Shown piece by piece: positions 1 to 13,019 of a stretch of DNA of 64,000 bases. The notes beneath the pieces were generated by a model. The model saw only the letters and a program-made list of their open reading frames with translations, did not search any database and was not told the DNA's origin. Numbering within the stretch: position 1 is the stretch's first letter; each line of letters starts with the position of its first letter. This DNA comes from the human T2T-CHM13v2.0 reference genome, Homo sapiens: assembly GCF_009914755.1 (NCBI RefSeq), contig NC_060925.1, one strand, 5' to 3'. The translations under genes and the position numbers were made by a program.

Positions 1-56
1 GAGTGCACCATACTTTGCTCAACCATTCCCCTACTGTTAAAACACTAAAGACTTTC

Positions 57-700
57 TGTGGAAAACCAGTATGGCAGTTCCTCAAAAAATTAAACATAAT
101 ATGATTAACCATATAAACCAAATTGAACCATAAAAATTAAACCATATGATTCAGCAATTCCACTTCTGGGTATGTACCCAAAGGAATTGAAAGCAGGGAC
201 TTGAACAGATTTGTACACCCATGTTCACAGCAGCATTATTCACAATAACCAAAAGGTTTCAGAAGCAACCCAAGTGTTCACTGATGGAGGAATGGATAAA
301 CAAAATGTGGTCTGAACATACAATGGAACAGTATTCAGCCTTAGAAACGAAGGTAGGCCTGACACATGCTACAGCATGGATGAACCTTGGAAACATGATG
401 CCAAGTGAAATAAGCCAGGCACAAAAGGACAAATACTATGTGATTCCACTCATATTAGGTACTTAGAGTGGTCAGATTCACAGGCAGAAAGCAGAAGATG
501 GTTGCCAGGGGGCTAGCAGGAGGGGAGAGTTATTGTTTAATGGTACAGAGTTTCAGTTAGGGCAGATGAAAAAGTTCTGGAGATGAGTGGTAGTGATGGT
601 TGTACAACAATAGGAATGTACTTAATGCCGCAGAACTCTACACTAAAAATGGTTTAAAATGGCAAATTTCATGTTATGTATAGTTTACCACAATTAAAAA
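57..700 (+). mobile_element. L1M (L1MB-like) 3' fragment
   Basis: ORF 221..466 resembles the L1 ORF2 C-terminus (QPKCS..EWINKMW). Ends with the L1MB-type 3' UTR atgttatgtatagtttaccacaattaaaaa. Confidence 0.85.
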
Positions 701-714
701 TCTTAATACTGACA

Positions 715-1870
715 TTTTTTTGAAGTTGGGTTTATTGGGGTATAATTTGCATTTAGCAAAATCCATTCTTCTTAGATATACAACTCTGTGTTTTGACAAA
801 TGTATATAGTTGGCTAACTACTACCATAATCAAGATATAGAATATTTCTATCACCCCCCAAATTCCTTCCAGCCTCTTTCTAGTTAATCTTTTCTCTTCA
901 TCCTCAGCCTCTAGTAACTGCTGATTTTTTGTTCTTATAGTTTTGCCTTTTCTAGAATGTCATAAATGGGATGAGGAGTCTACAGCCTTTTTGGCTTCTT
1001 GCACTTTGCATAATGCTTTTGAGATTCATCCATGTTGCTGCATATATCTGTAGTTCATTTCTCTTTATTTCTGCCTAGTATTCAGTTGTATGGATGATCA
1101 CAATTTGTTTATTCACCAATCGAGGGACATTTCAGTTGTTTTCAGTTTGGGGCAATTATGAATGTAGCTGTGATAAATAACTATTCATTGCTGGGTCAAA
1201 TGGTAAGTATATGTATAACTCTGTAAGGAGCTGCCAAACTGTTTTCCAAAATGGGTGTATTATTTTGCATTCCCGTCAGCAATATATGAGAGTTACAGTT
1301 GCTCCACGTTCTAAGCAGCATTTAATATTATCAGGCTTTTTATTGTTTTGGTTTGGTTTGTTTTTAGCCTTCTAATAAGTGTGTAGTAATAACTATTGTG
1401 GTTTTAATTTGCATTTCTCTAATGATTAATAATGTCCCATCTTTTCATGTGCTTATTTATTCTCCTTATCTCTCATTGCTGAAGTGACCTGTTCACTTCT
1501 TTTGGCCATTTTTTAATTAGGTTGCTTGTTTTATTATTTAGTTGTAGATGATTTTTAAATTTTTTGCTATTATAGATAATGCTTCAGTGAACAACATTGT
1601 ATGTGAAAATATTGCCCTCACTTTGGGTCTATACTTATAATAATTTCCTAAAGCTACTAAATCAAAGAGAGTGAACATCTTCACCATCCTTATATGCCCA
1701 TAGTCCAACAGCTCTTCAAAACCATTGCACCAATTCACTGTCCTACTGGTGGCAGTTTAATAGGCATGACAGGCCATTGTGTTGTCTTAATTGGAATTTG
1801 TTTGATTATAATGCTATGGAACTTTTTTTCATATGATTATTAAACAGTCTGTGTTTCTTCTTTTGTGAGT
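715..1870 (-). mobile_element. Old L1M (L1ME/MC-like) 3' fragments
   Basis: Antisense L1 motifs such as tttgagattcatccatgttg, ctgccaaactgttttccaaa and gttttaatttgcatttctcta. Confidence 0.75.
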
Positions 1871-3219
1871 CATCATCCCTTGCCTTTTTTGATACTGGAT
1901 TGACATAGAAATTTGCCATGGCTGTATCTCTACAGGATTAGTTCTACAGTATGTGATGCTCCATGCCAGGATCAGCAGTTTACAGTATTTTCATAAAATC
2001 TTAACTTGGTCTTAGCCTCGTTTCTTTCACTTTCGGAGGTCACGAGTTAATTTGCGTAGCTGGCAAGGTAAAAATAAGAGTTGAAGAGAAAGATTTTTGC
2101 CCTCAAGTTAAACTTGGACACTGGGTGTCAGCACTTCTGTGAGAGGCAGACATCTCTCTGTTGTTCCTAATAAATAGAAAAAGTGTTCTTTTAAATTCCT
2201 CTCTGAGAAAATGGCCATGCCACTTAGTTTCCCTGTTGTGAGAGTAACCTCTTGATTCCTCTAACAACTCAGCATTTTATGTGTTCACAATGAAAGTACA
2301 ATTAAAATCACTTACTTCATGCTTGCATAGCTCTATCAAATAGATTCAGGCAGCAAACAGTTCCTGTATATAGGCACAATTCTTTTTTAATTATTAAAAT
2401 TGCTTATCTTTTATTTTATTCCAAATAGATGGTATGGGATGTGATATGACTCAGAAGTACTAGAATGAATTTTGACTTAATAACTCTAAAAATAAAAAGC
2501 ATTTTGTTTTCTCTGACAAATAGCTCTCGTTCATTTTGATGCTCGACAGACAGCTGATATTTTATAAAACTTTATGATTGCCTCTTCATCAAGCACTGTA
2601 ATTGTAGGTTTGTCTTCTTTGCAAGTATGGGGAACTGGGTATTTTCTTTTAAATACTTGTCATCCTAGGAGGCGGATTGCCTATGCCTGTCATGCAAATC
2701 AACTTTTCAGGCATCATAGGCAGAACTAGGAAAGTAGAACAATGGAAAAATATATATTTTTGTCTAAAATTTATGGATCTGTGACTTGCCTGAAAGAGTT
2801 ATTTGAGAAGGTTTTTATAAACTCAAACAGATCCTTTAAACTAGATATTTCCCAGACTGCCCAAAAAAGGGCCGCTGTCCCCCAATACCACACAACACTA
2901 TGAGAAAGTAGAATTTTATTGCTTGGGTTTTTCTTTTCCTCATACTTTGAAAGATCTCTTTGGCCAGCTTTCCATTCAGTGTTAACCCACACTCGTCAGT
3001 GTTTGATGTCATGAGAAGAGGACTCTGGCTTGCTCAAGGATCATGAGTGAGTAAATTTTTCAGTCTTCCAGAAGGGGAAAAGGAAGCATCATTTTGGTAT
3101 CTTAGGGATTAAGACACTTGCTAACATGATATCAAGAAAAAAGCTTGCACACTCTCCAATTGGTATACTGGCTCCATGCCAGTTACATAGTTTTGGGTTT
3201 TTCCTTGTTTTTCATGTAC

Positions 3220-4560
3220 AAGGATACCTCAGAGAATGGTTGTTTGGCTCCAGACCACTGCAGTGAAACAAATATCTCAAGAAAGTCACATAAATTCTTT
3301 GGTTTTCCAGTGCATATAAGAGTTATGTTTACACTATAGTGTAACTTATACATATAGTGTAGTCTATTAAGTGTGCAGTAGCATTATGTGAAAAACAATG
3401 TACATCTCTTAAAAATACTTTATTGCTAAGAAATGCTCATGATTATCTAAGCATTCAGTGAGTTGTAATCTTTTTGCTCCTGGTAGATCTTACCTGGATG
3501 TTAATAGCTGCTGACTGATTAGGGTGCTGGTTGCTAAAGGGTGGAGTGGCTGTGGAAATTTCTTAAAATAAGACAAGAACAAACTTTGCTGTATCCGTTG
3601 ACTCTTCCTTTCATGAAATATTTTTCTGTTGCTTGTGATACTGGTTTATAGCATTTGTCTCACAGTAGAATTTCTTTCAAAATTGGAGTCAATTCTCTCA
3701 AACTCTGCTGCTGCTTTATCAACTAATTTCATGTAATATTATAAATCCTTTGTTGTCATTTTAACAATGTTCACAGCATCTTCATCAGGAGTAGATTTTA
3801 CCTCAAGAAACTACTTTCTTTGCTTATTCATAAGAAGCAGTTCTTACTGTGAAAGTTTTATGAGATTGCAGCAATTCAGTCACATCTTCAGGATCCATTT
3901 CTGATTCTAGTTCTCTTGCTATTCTTACCACATCTTCAGTTACTTCCTCCACTGAAGTTTTCAACTCCTCAAAGTCATACATAAGAGTTGGAATCAACTT
4001 CTTCCAAATTCTTGTTTATGTTGGTCTTTTGACCTCTTCCTATGAATCATGAATGTTCTTAATGGCATGTAGAATGGTGAGTCCTTTCCAGAAGGTTCCA
4101 ATTGACTGTGACCAGATCCATCAGAGGAATCATGATCTATGGCAGCTGTAGTCTTCTGAGATGTTATTTCTTAAATAGTATGACTTGAAAGTCGAAATTA
4201 CTTCTTGATCCATGGACTGCAGAGTGGATGTTGTGTTAGCAGGTATGAAAACCACATTAATCTTTGTTTCCATCAGTGCTCTTGGTACACTGTCAATGAG
4301 CTGTAATATTTTGAAAGGAATCTTTTTTTTTTTTTCTGAGCAGGTCTCAACAGTGGGCTTAAAATATTCAGGAAACCATGCTGTAAAGAGATGTGCTGTC
4401 ACATAGGCTTTGCTGTTCCATTTATAGAGCACAGGCAGAGTAGATTTAGCATAATTTTTAAGGGCCCTAGGATTTTTGGAATGGTCAGTGAGCATTGGTG
4501 TCACCTTAAGTCACTAACTGCATTTACCCATAACAAGAGAGTCAGCCTGTCTTTTGAGGC
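3220..4560 (-). mobile_element. Tigger1 (TcMar/pogo) DNA transposon fragment with decayed transposase
   Basis: Tigger1 terminus (gatacctcagaga...ccagaccactgca). ORF 4130..4504(-) gives [23 protein letters not shown]...[16 protein letters not shown], a pogo DDE domain. Confidence 0.9.
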
Positions 4561-6252
4561 TCTTATAAGTCTGGCCACACCAGTTTTACCATCTTTCACT
4601 TTGGTTTCTTATCTAGATGGTATTATCTATATGGAATAGGCAAGTGGGTTATTGTGAGTGACAGAAACCTAACTTGGACTAGTTTGAGCAAGGAGGTACT
4701 TTTCAGGGAAATGATGTTTCACAAAACTGCCACACTGCAGGCAGAATTAGAAAATAGGCCTTGGGAATTGCAGAAATAGGGCTCCAGGTCCACCAGAATT
4801 ATTTCCTCTTTTCATTCCCTCTTGGCCCTGTAAGATTGGCTTTATTTTTCTCTCTCACTGTAGCCAGTTTTCTTCTGGAAGAGAAAACATGGATAGTGAC
4901 AGCTCTTGAGCCTTTTAGCTTATGGCTTCAGCTGCTTCAGAAGAGATCAACCAAACTCTATTGGTCCTAACTCCAAACATCCAGGGAAGGAACTTCCTGC
5001 CCCTGATCCTGTTAACTGTGGCCAGTAGTGCCATGTAAGAGCACTGAAATTTTTGGAAAGACCTTAGGGATGAAGTATTGTTGTCAGAGGAAGAGGAGGG
5101 ACTGGTAGTAAAAACAATAGGTGTACATTCTTTGTGGGCAGTGCTGGATTATATAGCTAATCATGGGGCTTGGATACTGGAGTTCATTAGTGCATCTTGT
5201 AACAAGGCCACTTTTGGGGGTGTGGCTCCCACATGGATAATTAGCTGGATCCTGGTCTTCAGCTGTGTCCTGCTCTATCCCTGACTAGCCATCTCACAAC
5301 TGCTTGTTCCTGGTCCTGGGGGGTACCTGCGGAAAGTGTGTGGGTGGTAGATCAACAGAAATCCCTCGCCACTGCTAGAAAAACAACTCAAAGAACATGT
5401 ATTTATGTAGATGATTTCTTATAATGTGGGATTTCCCTCTCCAGCAATTTTCCTTTGCCAACTCTCTGAAGCACAGTTTTGGTAACATTCATATGATGCT
5501 GCAATCATAGGATACCATAAAGCTCTGCAGAGAGGCAACTCTGGTTGTCCTAGAGAATGCATTTGTCAAATATATGTGCCTTTGGGATATATTACTAGCT
5601 ATTAGCCATTATCTTTCGTAGCTTTTGAAAGCACTCCAAATTTGGAATCTAAATTTCTGGGTTTGAGTCTCAGCTTGATCACGTATTATCTCAGTGACCT
5701 GGAGCTAGCTAGTTTCTCTCTCTGAACCTTAATTCTCAAACTTATAAAATTGGGATAGTGGTACCTGTATGGAACAGGGCTATATAAACTGTGAAACAAC
5801 AATAAGAAATGTTTCTTTTTCTTTTTGTTATCACCTGGGCCTGAATGACAGAGTTTTTCTCCATCTCTTGGCATTTCTCCTAGCTGTGTCTGAGTGAATA
5901 ATCAGGGACTTTCTCAGAAAAGAGAAGGAAATGCAGGACCATTGGTAGGAACTTGACCTTTGTTTCTATCATACTGAGGTTAAGCAAACTCTTTATTTCT
6001 GTATTCTTCGTCTGGCATCCTTTGGGGAACCTCTTCTTGAGGTTAAGGTGAGATGAAGGCTTCCTTTGGAGACACGTTCAGGCCAAGCTTCACGCTCTGA
6101 GGAGTTGTTTCAGGAAGAAAGAGAGAGGAGCTATGTGTATGTTCTCCCAGTGTGAATAGGGACTAATGTGAAACATATGCCATTGCCTTTAATCAGGCTA
6201 TTAAGCATTTCTCAGTTTTGATGGAACCTCTATCTGAGAGGTTCACCTATAG

Positions 6253-6470
6253 CAGTGGTTCTCAACTAGGGGTGATTTTTGCTTCCCAGAGGACATTTGA
6301 CAATGTCTGGAGATGTTGTTGGTTGTCATTGCTGGGTGAGGTGGGAGGGGGTTGGCAGGAGGGGTTGCCACAGGTATCTAGTGGTTAGAGGCCAGAGATG
6401 CTGCTAAATACACTACTACCATGCATAAGGCAGCTCCCCACCACCAATTGTCTGTCCCCAAACATCAATA
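6253..6470. mobile_element. MER20 hAT-Charlie MITE
   Basis: cagtggttctcaactaggggtgatttttgc...ggacatttgacaatgtctggaga...tagaggccagagatgctgctaaa resembles the MER20 consensus as I recall it. Confidence 0.85.
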
Positions 6471-7204
6471 CAACATCTTCTTCTTAGTGTGGTGGTTTTG
6501 ATTGTTGAGCTTTCTTTTGGTGGAGAAGGAGAAAGGATTTTTAGGCCATGATTTTTATTCTCATCAAAAGGCATATATTGAGACCACTTCATACCCGCTA
6601 GGATTTTTCTGAAATTTAATTATGAATGCCATTTTAAATTCCAGAAGGGGTTGCCTTACTTTTGTTAAATACAGTACTCTTTATTCCCTCCTAGAAATGG
6701 CACAGATCTCTCTTGGAGAGGGCAAGGTGACTCTACTCCCCTTCTCATCCTCTTAAGAAATATCATGGCTTCTTATCTGTTATATATTGTCTGTGGTCTT
6801 AGAAGAAAGTCTGTGCTCCAGTTTGGCCATAAATTAACTCAGAGCCATATGTATTGAGCAATATACCCCACCAAGCTGTAAAACAAATGAACAAATGGAA
6901 AACAACAAAAGAAACTCCAAACCAACCAACCAATCAGAAACAGGTCACTGCCCCATGACAGTTTTGAAGTGTGTGTGAAAGAGGAGAAAGAGCTTTAAGA
7001 CTGTCCATTCTGGAGGGCAGCAAGATGTTGTTGCTTCAGGTAGCATAAGAGGGAACAGATTCTCTTCTACAATGCCATGTTTGTGGTTCTTGGAAAAGCA
7101 CAGCAAAACCTTTCAAGGCAAACTGTTTCATCATTCTGGGATAACACCAAGAAGCTGCATGGTGCTATTAAAGCAGCCATTCATGTTGGTCTGCCTTGTC
7201 TTCT

Positions 7205-7478
7205 GTAGAGGTGGGTTTTTTAAACTGTGGATCAGCTCCTTTGGAGGGTCATGAAATGCATTTAGTTGATTAAAACCTTAAGTAAGGAAGAATTGAAGAG
7301 AAAACATGAGTACATCACACAAATAAAGAGTACTGTTTTATGAAACATTATGTAATTTTATGTATGTGTGTATATATATATACACACATATATATACACA
7401 CACACACATCTGGCTTGTGATGTAAAATACATTGCTTAATGTAGGCTATGATCAAAAAGGCTTGAAAATCACCACTTT
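7205..7478. mobile_element. hAT-Charlie-type MITE relic with internal (TA/CA)n
   Basis: Degenerate termini gtgggttttttaaactgtgg ... aaaaggcttgaaaatcaccac. Confidence 0.5.
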
Positions 7479-8035
7479 ATATGCTTTTACCTTTGTTCTA
7501 GAACATAGGTCAATTGAAGCCCAAAGTGTATTTTCTGTTCTAACTCAGGGGCCTGAGTTTCATTACCTGCTTACCTGCTCATTCCTAAACCAGTCACTAC
7601 CCAGGACAGTGGATGATTTGCTTATACGAATCTACATTCACCCACAGGGGAGTCTGGAGAGCTGCCTGGCCTCCCCAGCATGCATGTTGTCAGGGAAGGC
7701 TGCTGCAGAGAAGGCAGCCAGCACAGCCGCCCCAGGAATGGCCTGTGGGGATAGAGAAAGTAGCATTAGTTTAGGTACAGAGACCAAGGTAAACACCCAG
7801 TTATGGCAACTGGGGCTGGGGCTTGGGGAGAAGGTAAAAGACCAATAGTTAATCAGGAAAATTCTTTTGAGCTTAGAGTAGCAGTGTGGTTAACCTGGTG
7901 TTCCATTGCCAAATTTAAGCCTGGAGTTCTTTGAACACTGCCAGGCTTGGTCCAAAACATTAATACAGCCTATAAAATTTTCCTTCTGTGACATTTCCCA
8001 GTCTCTCCAGATCTGTTCATTCATTCATTCATTCA

Positions 8036-8336
8036 TTTATTTTTGAGACAGAGTCTTTCTCTGCTGCCCAGACTGGAGTGCAGTGGCATGATCGTGATTC
8101 ACTGCAGCCTCTATCTCCTGGGGTTGTGATTCTCCCACCTCAGCCTCCCAAGTAGCAGGGACTACAGACACATGCCACCATGCCCAGCTTATTTTTATTT
8201 ATTTTCATAGAGATTCGTAGAGATAGGTTCTTGTCATGTTGTCCACGCTGGCCTTGAAGTCCTGGGCCCAAGCAATTCCTCCAACTTGGCCTCCATTAAG
8301 TGCTGGGATTACAGGCGTGAGCCACTGTGCCTGGCC
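8036..8336 (-). mobile_element. AluJ, with tail-derived (TTCA)n at about 8015-8035
   Basis: Antisense dimeric Alu, tgagacagagtc...gagccactgtgcctggcc, highly diverged. Confidence 0.9.
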
Positions 8337-9875
8337 CTCTTCGGACTCCTTACTGTCTACTCTCCCCTGATTCATTAGGTTTCAGCCACACCAGCCTTGT
8401 TTCAGTTTTTCAGATATGCTGGTTTCTTTTGTGCCTCAAGACTTTCTGTGCAGGCCTTTTTCTGCATCTGGGATGTTCTTCCCACATTGTTTCCTCTGAC
8501 CTACTCCAGCTTCACTTTTTAGCTCATCTGCCACTTCCACAGTGAAGCTTCCTTCCCTGACCTTTCGCTTATCATAATTGAGACCTATTTAATGTATGTC
8601 TCTTTCATTAAGTATCGCAAGGACAGCCATGATCACCATCTTCTCTACTGTAATGCCAGGGCCTGCTGCATGGCATATGGTCAGAAGTATCTCGATTGTA
8701 GAGTAAGTCTTGGGCTCTGGGATGGAGCTAAGCCTGATGGCATCAAGGGGCCCCGGCAGAGTAGGTGGGGAGGAAGAGGCAGCTTGCAGCCATCTGGGCT
8801 GGGCTTGACATCTTTTACACCTTTCCCAGCCTCGTCCTCTTCCCTCAGATATATTTCCTTGGTCAAGTTGATTTTCTTTGGCTTATCTCTATGTGAACAG
8901 TTTAATACACAGGGACTTTTTAAAAAATAAAATGAAGTAAAGTCTCCAGAAATTGATTCCCAAATCAAATCACACTTCAGTAATTTAAAAGAAATAGAGA
9001 GCAAAACATCATGTGTAATTCAGTAGATTTTTGATAGATCATAATTACTTACACATGTGGCTACACCCCCTTTAATTTGGATATCCAATTATTAGGTGTC
9101 ATGGGCCCAGTCACAGCTCCGTGGATGCGTCTGTGGATGAGTCCAACTAATCTGCAATTGGAAATGTATTAACACCCACTTCTCCTTGAGCGAAGGGCAT
9201 TTCTAGAGCATTACTGTTGCATATTGTTCCAGAAGGAGCCATAGTGTGTGGAAATGGGAAAGATGGTTTCTGCCATCAGGGAGCTGGTTTTGAACTGAGT
9301 TACGAGGATCTAACTCATTAATGATCAGACCCATGTTCTAAGATATAAGAACTGTATGTAATTGGGAGTTAAACATAGAGCAGCTCTCTGGATGTTGAGA
9401 GGAAGGGAGATTGGTGTGAGCTACAGAAGCATAGCACCATCAGGGCAGGTGTTGGCTCACAGAGTTAGAGCCAGGAGGGGTCTGAGAGGTCCGTTTATCT
9501 GATCATTTCATTTTATAGATAAGGAAACTGATATATTATTTCTCTTCTTCCTCTGTAACACCTAATTATTTTCTATGAGCCAAACTGTAGTAGACTTTTT
9601 TTTTTTTTAAAGTTCTTCCTCATTCAGCTTCCCCAGTGGCACCAGTTTTCCCTTTTGGGAAGATCTTATTGTGTGTTCCTCGGGGGGAGTCTTGCTCACC
9701 TTGGAAGTGGTAGGGGATTTGGGTGCAGGGGGACTTAACCTTGACCACACGCTTCTTCTGACTTTACTCTTAAGCTGATGATGCAACAACAGCAAGACAG
9801 TTGATGTTTATAATCATACCAATAGCCACAGTGGCCTAAGAATCAGATTTCCCAGAATCTCTGACCTTTGCCAAG

Positions 9876-10340
9876 TGTATTAGTTTCCTATAGCTTCTGT
9901 AACAAATGACCACAAATTTGGTGGCTTAAAGCAACACGTGTATTTTCTTACAGTTCTGGAAGTCAGAAGTCTAAAATCACTTTCACTAGGCTAAAATCCA
10001 GGGTTGTGCTTCCCATCTCTCCTCCCCAGAGGCTTTAGTTCATTTCTTTGCCTCTCCCAGCTTCTAGAGCTACATTCTTGTGTTCTTTGGCCCTTGGGCC
10101 CTTCCTCTATCTTCAGAGTCAGATGCAGAATAACTTGCTTCTGTCCTTACATTGCCTTCTCTCTCTCTAGTCAATCTTCTGCCTTTTTCTTGTAAGGGCA
10201 CCTGTGATTGTGCCTCGAGTCCACCTGGATAATCCAGGTTATTCTTTCCACCACCAGATCCTTAATCCCATCTGCAAAGTCCCTTTTGCCATAACAGGTA
10301 ACGTTCACAGATTTCTCAATTAGGACCTGGATATCCCTGC
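9876..10340. mobile_element. MLT1-family MaLR solo LTR
   Basis: tgtattagtttcctatagct...aacaaatgaccacaaatttggtggcttaaa...atctgcaaagtcccttttgccat. Confidence 0.85.
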
Positions 10341-11365
10341 CCCAACAAGGTTTCTGCTTTCCTCTTTTCCCAGCCTGGTCTTCCAATATCCCCTCAATTC
10401 TGTGAGTTCCTGGTATCTTCTCAGTATACCTTTTTGGAGGGAGGGAGCTGATGGGTCTGCAGTTTAAGACAGTTGAAATCTGTTTCTGTTGTTTATGACC
10501 AGGAACCTCCATGGTAAATCAGTGCTATGTGCAGAACTTTACAAGCATTATTTTTTTTTAATCCTTGTTTTAACTTTCTTAGGAAGGCACTATCTCCTTT
10601 TTCCAGGTAAGAAAACTGTAGCTCAGAGTGGCAATTTCAAAAAGCCTGACAGCTAGTATAGGTGATGGAACTGGGATTTGAAACTAGCCAGTGTGACTGA
10701 AGAGCGTGTGCCTTATCCCTTTCTCAGAATCCTAGTTCAACTAGCTTTTGGTCTTAGACCTTTTCCAAGGAGGAAGTAGAATGTCATCTGGGCCCTGAGG
10801 TCTGAATCAAATTGTTTAGGCAGGGGAGAGAAGGCAAAGGAGAAGCATTCCAGGTAGGAGAGAGGCTGGAGACTAAGAAGTGAATCCAAGAGATTTAAAG
10901 GAAGGGACATGACAGGTAAAGTGGAATGACAGATAAAGGAACCAACCACGTATGGAATGCTTTTGAATGGACACAGCAACTCATTTATGTCAACTACCCA
11001 TGGGAATGATATTCTGACTCAACTTTGTGTTGGAAATTCAGCTTGTATTAGGTCCCTTGCTGCCTCCTCATGGCCTCCTCATCACATGGGCTGGTTAAAC
11101 ATCTAACATCCTTTGCTAGTGTTAGCCTTTTCTCACAGATGCTGATGAACAGCCTGTCTTTCAAAAACTTAACAAGGTTCTTTGTTGGTATCGATATGGG
11201 TAATTTCTGGAGCTTGGGAGACATCCTGGACCTAATGGTGTAAGATCTCTGGCTTGTGTCTCCTTTCAGAAGAGAAATTGGAAATTTTTTTCTAGGGCTG
11301 GGACAATGACTAAGAAGGGAGCTCTTTATCTGGTGTTTTCTGGTTACTACTTAAGTGTAACTGAT

Positions 11366-11523
11366 AGATTTAGCAAATGAAAATATAAGACATCCAGTTA
11401 AATTTGAATTTTAGGTTTCAGATAAACAATGAATATTCCATGCATTGTACAAATATTGCACTAAAAATTATTTATCTGAAATTCAAACTTAACTGGGTGT
11501 CCTGCATTTTGGCTGGCAACCCT
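11366..11523. mobile_element. MER53 palindromic hAT MITE (internally deleted)
   Basis: agatttagcaaatgaaaata...ccagttaaatttgaattt pairs with aaattcaaacttaactgggtgtcctg...ctggcaaccct. Confidence 0.85.
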
Positions 11524-13019
11524 GAACCTATGACCACTGTTTCAGGGTATTTTCAGGCATAGACTTGTACAGTGAATGTGCCTGTGAAAAGATATTATAG
11601 ACCTGGATTGACAAGGAGGCTAGGAAAGAACCCCAAGTTCAAAGGGAGTGCAAGGTTGGAGAATTCTTTGGGCGACTAACTTGGGGAGAGATGATTTGGT
11701 TCTCATTGCCCAGAGCATTGCCTCTGTCTTCTGTTCTGCTGTGCCACTGTGCTATGGCCACGATGAGAAAGACTTGTGCTGCATCATCAGGATTGTATCA
11801 ATCTCCATTCTCTTCCTATTTGCTGACACCTAAAAGTAAAAACATTCAAGGTAGGGTTGAGCCATGATCTCTAACAGGAAATAGTTATTGAACTTGACTG
11901 TGTGCAGAACATGATACCTGTGCTGGTGGTGGTCAGAGGGCTGAGTGTACTCTCCAACTGTCCTCTGTTGTGGGGGCAAAGTGGGCATTAAGCACCCCCC
12001 TGTATACAGAGCTTTCCACCGGGCTGTGTGCCTATAGTGACAAAACAAATGGAAAACACGCTTGTGCTCTTGAGGAGCACAGATATATGCCTCTTGGGAC
12101 AGCAGAGAGCTTAGGCTTTTATTAACTCAAAATTGGAGTTATTCTCAGTGGCCCCACTCTGATTTTGTGGTGTGTGTGTCTCTCCATGTGTGTATATAGA
12201 AATATTGCAGCAATCATCACCTGCCATTAAGCTACTTTTGTACATAGTAATTAGGAGAGGTGCATGGAGTCTGGTCCTGAGAGTGAGATATGGCAAGTGA
12301 TCTGTGGCGCTTGGTAATTTGTGGCCTTAGAATGAAGGGAAGAATGCTCACTTGCCTGTTTGGGGATGAAAACTAAAAAATCTTGATATTTTTTAGCAAC
12401 ACACTGGACTAAGGAACAGTGGACCCTCCGAGCACTGGGCAAACATTACACAGCGTAATGGCAGGGTGGGGAAAGGACTGGATTTGACATCAGAAGAGAA
12501 CTGACTTTAACTCCTGATCTTACCATTTATTAGCAATTTAATTTTTTCTGAGCTTTGGCTTGCTCTTTTATGAGATGGAGACAATAGCAATATGAGGAAA
12601 ATTTTGAAGATTTAATGACATACCACTTGAAAATGCTAACTGACAGCAAGCACCTTGTATTTGTCACTGCGGTGTTTCCCATTCTCATAGCACTTTGTAA
12701 CTAACTCTGTTATAATGCTTCATGGTGTGTTATAATTATTTCTTTTATGTGTCTGTCTACTTCCACTAGACTGAGAATCAAGGGCCATTTTCAACTCTTT
12801 ACTTTTCCAGTAGCCTCCTGATTAAGCCCTGGTACTTACAAGGCCCATAGTTTTGCTGAGCTGTGTGTACTTCAATACTTAAGCTTTGCTAGGAGGCAAG
12901 TCTTTAACTTCTGAGTTTCCATTCTTTCCTCTGTCTCTCTAGCTCTCTTACTGAGAACTGGGAAGATCCCACGGGACAGGATCTGTCCAGTCCTCAGTAA
13001 GAGTCTTTCAAGAATATTA

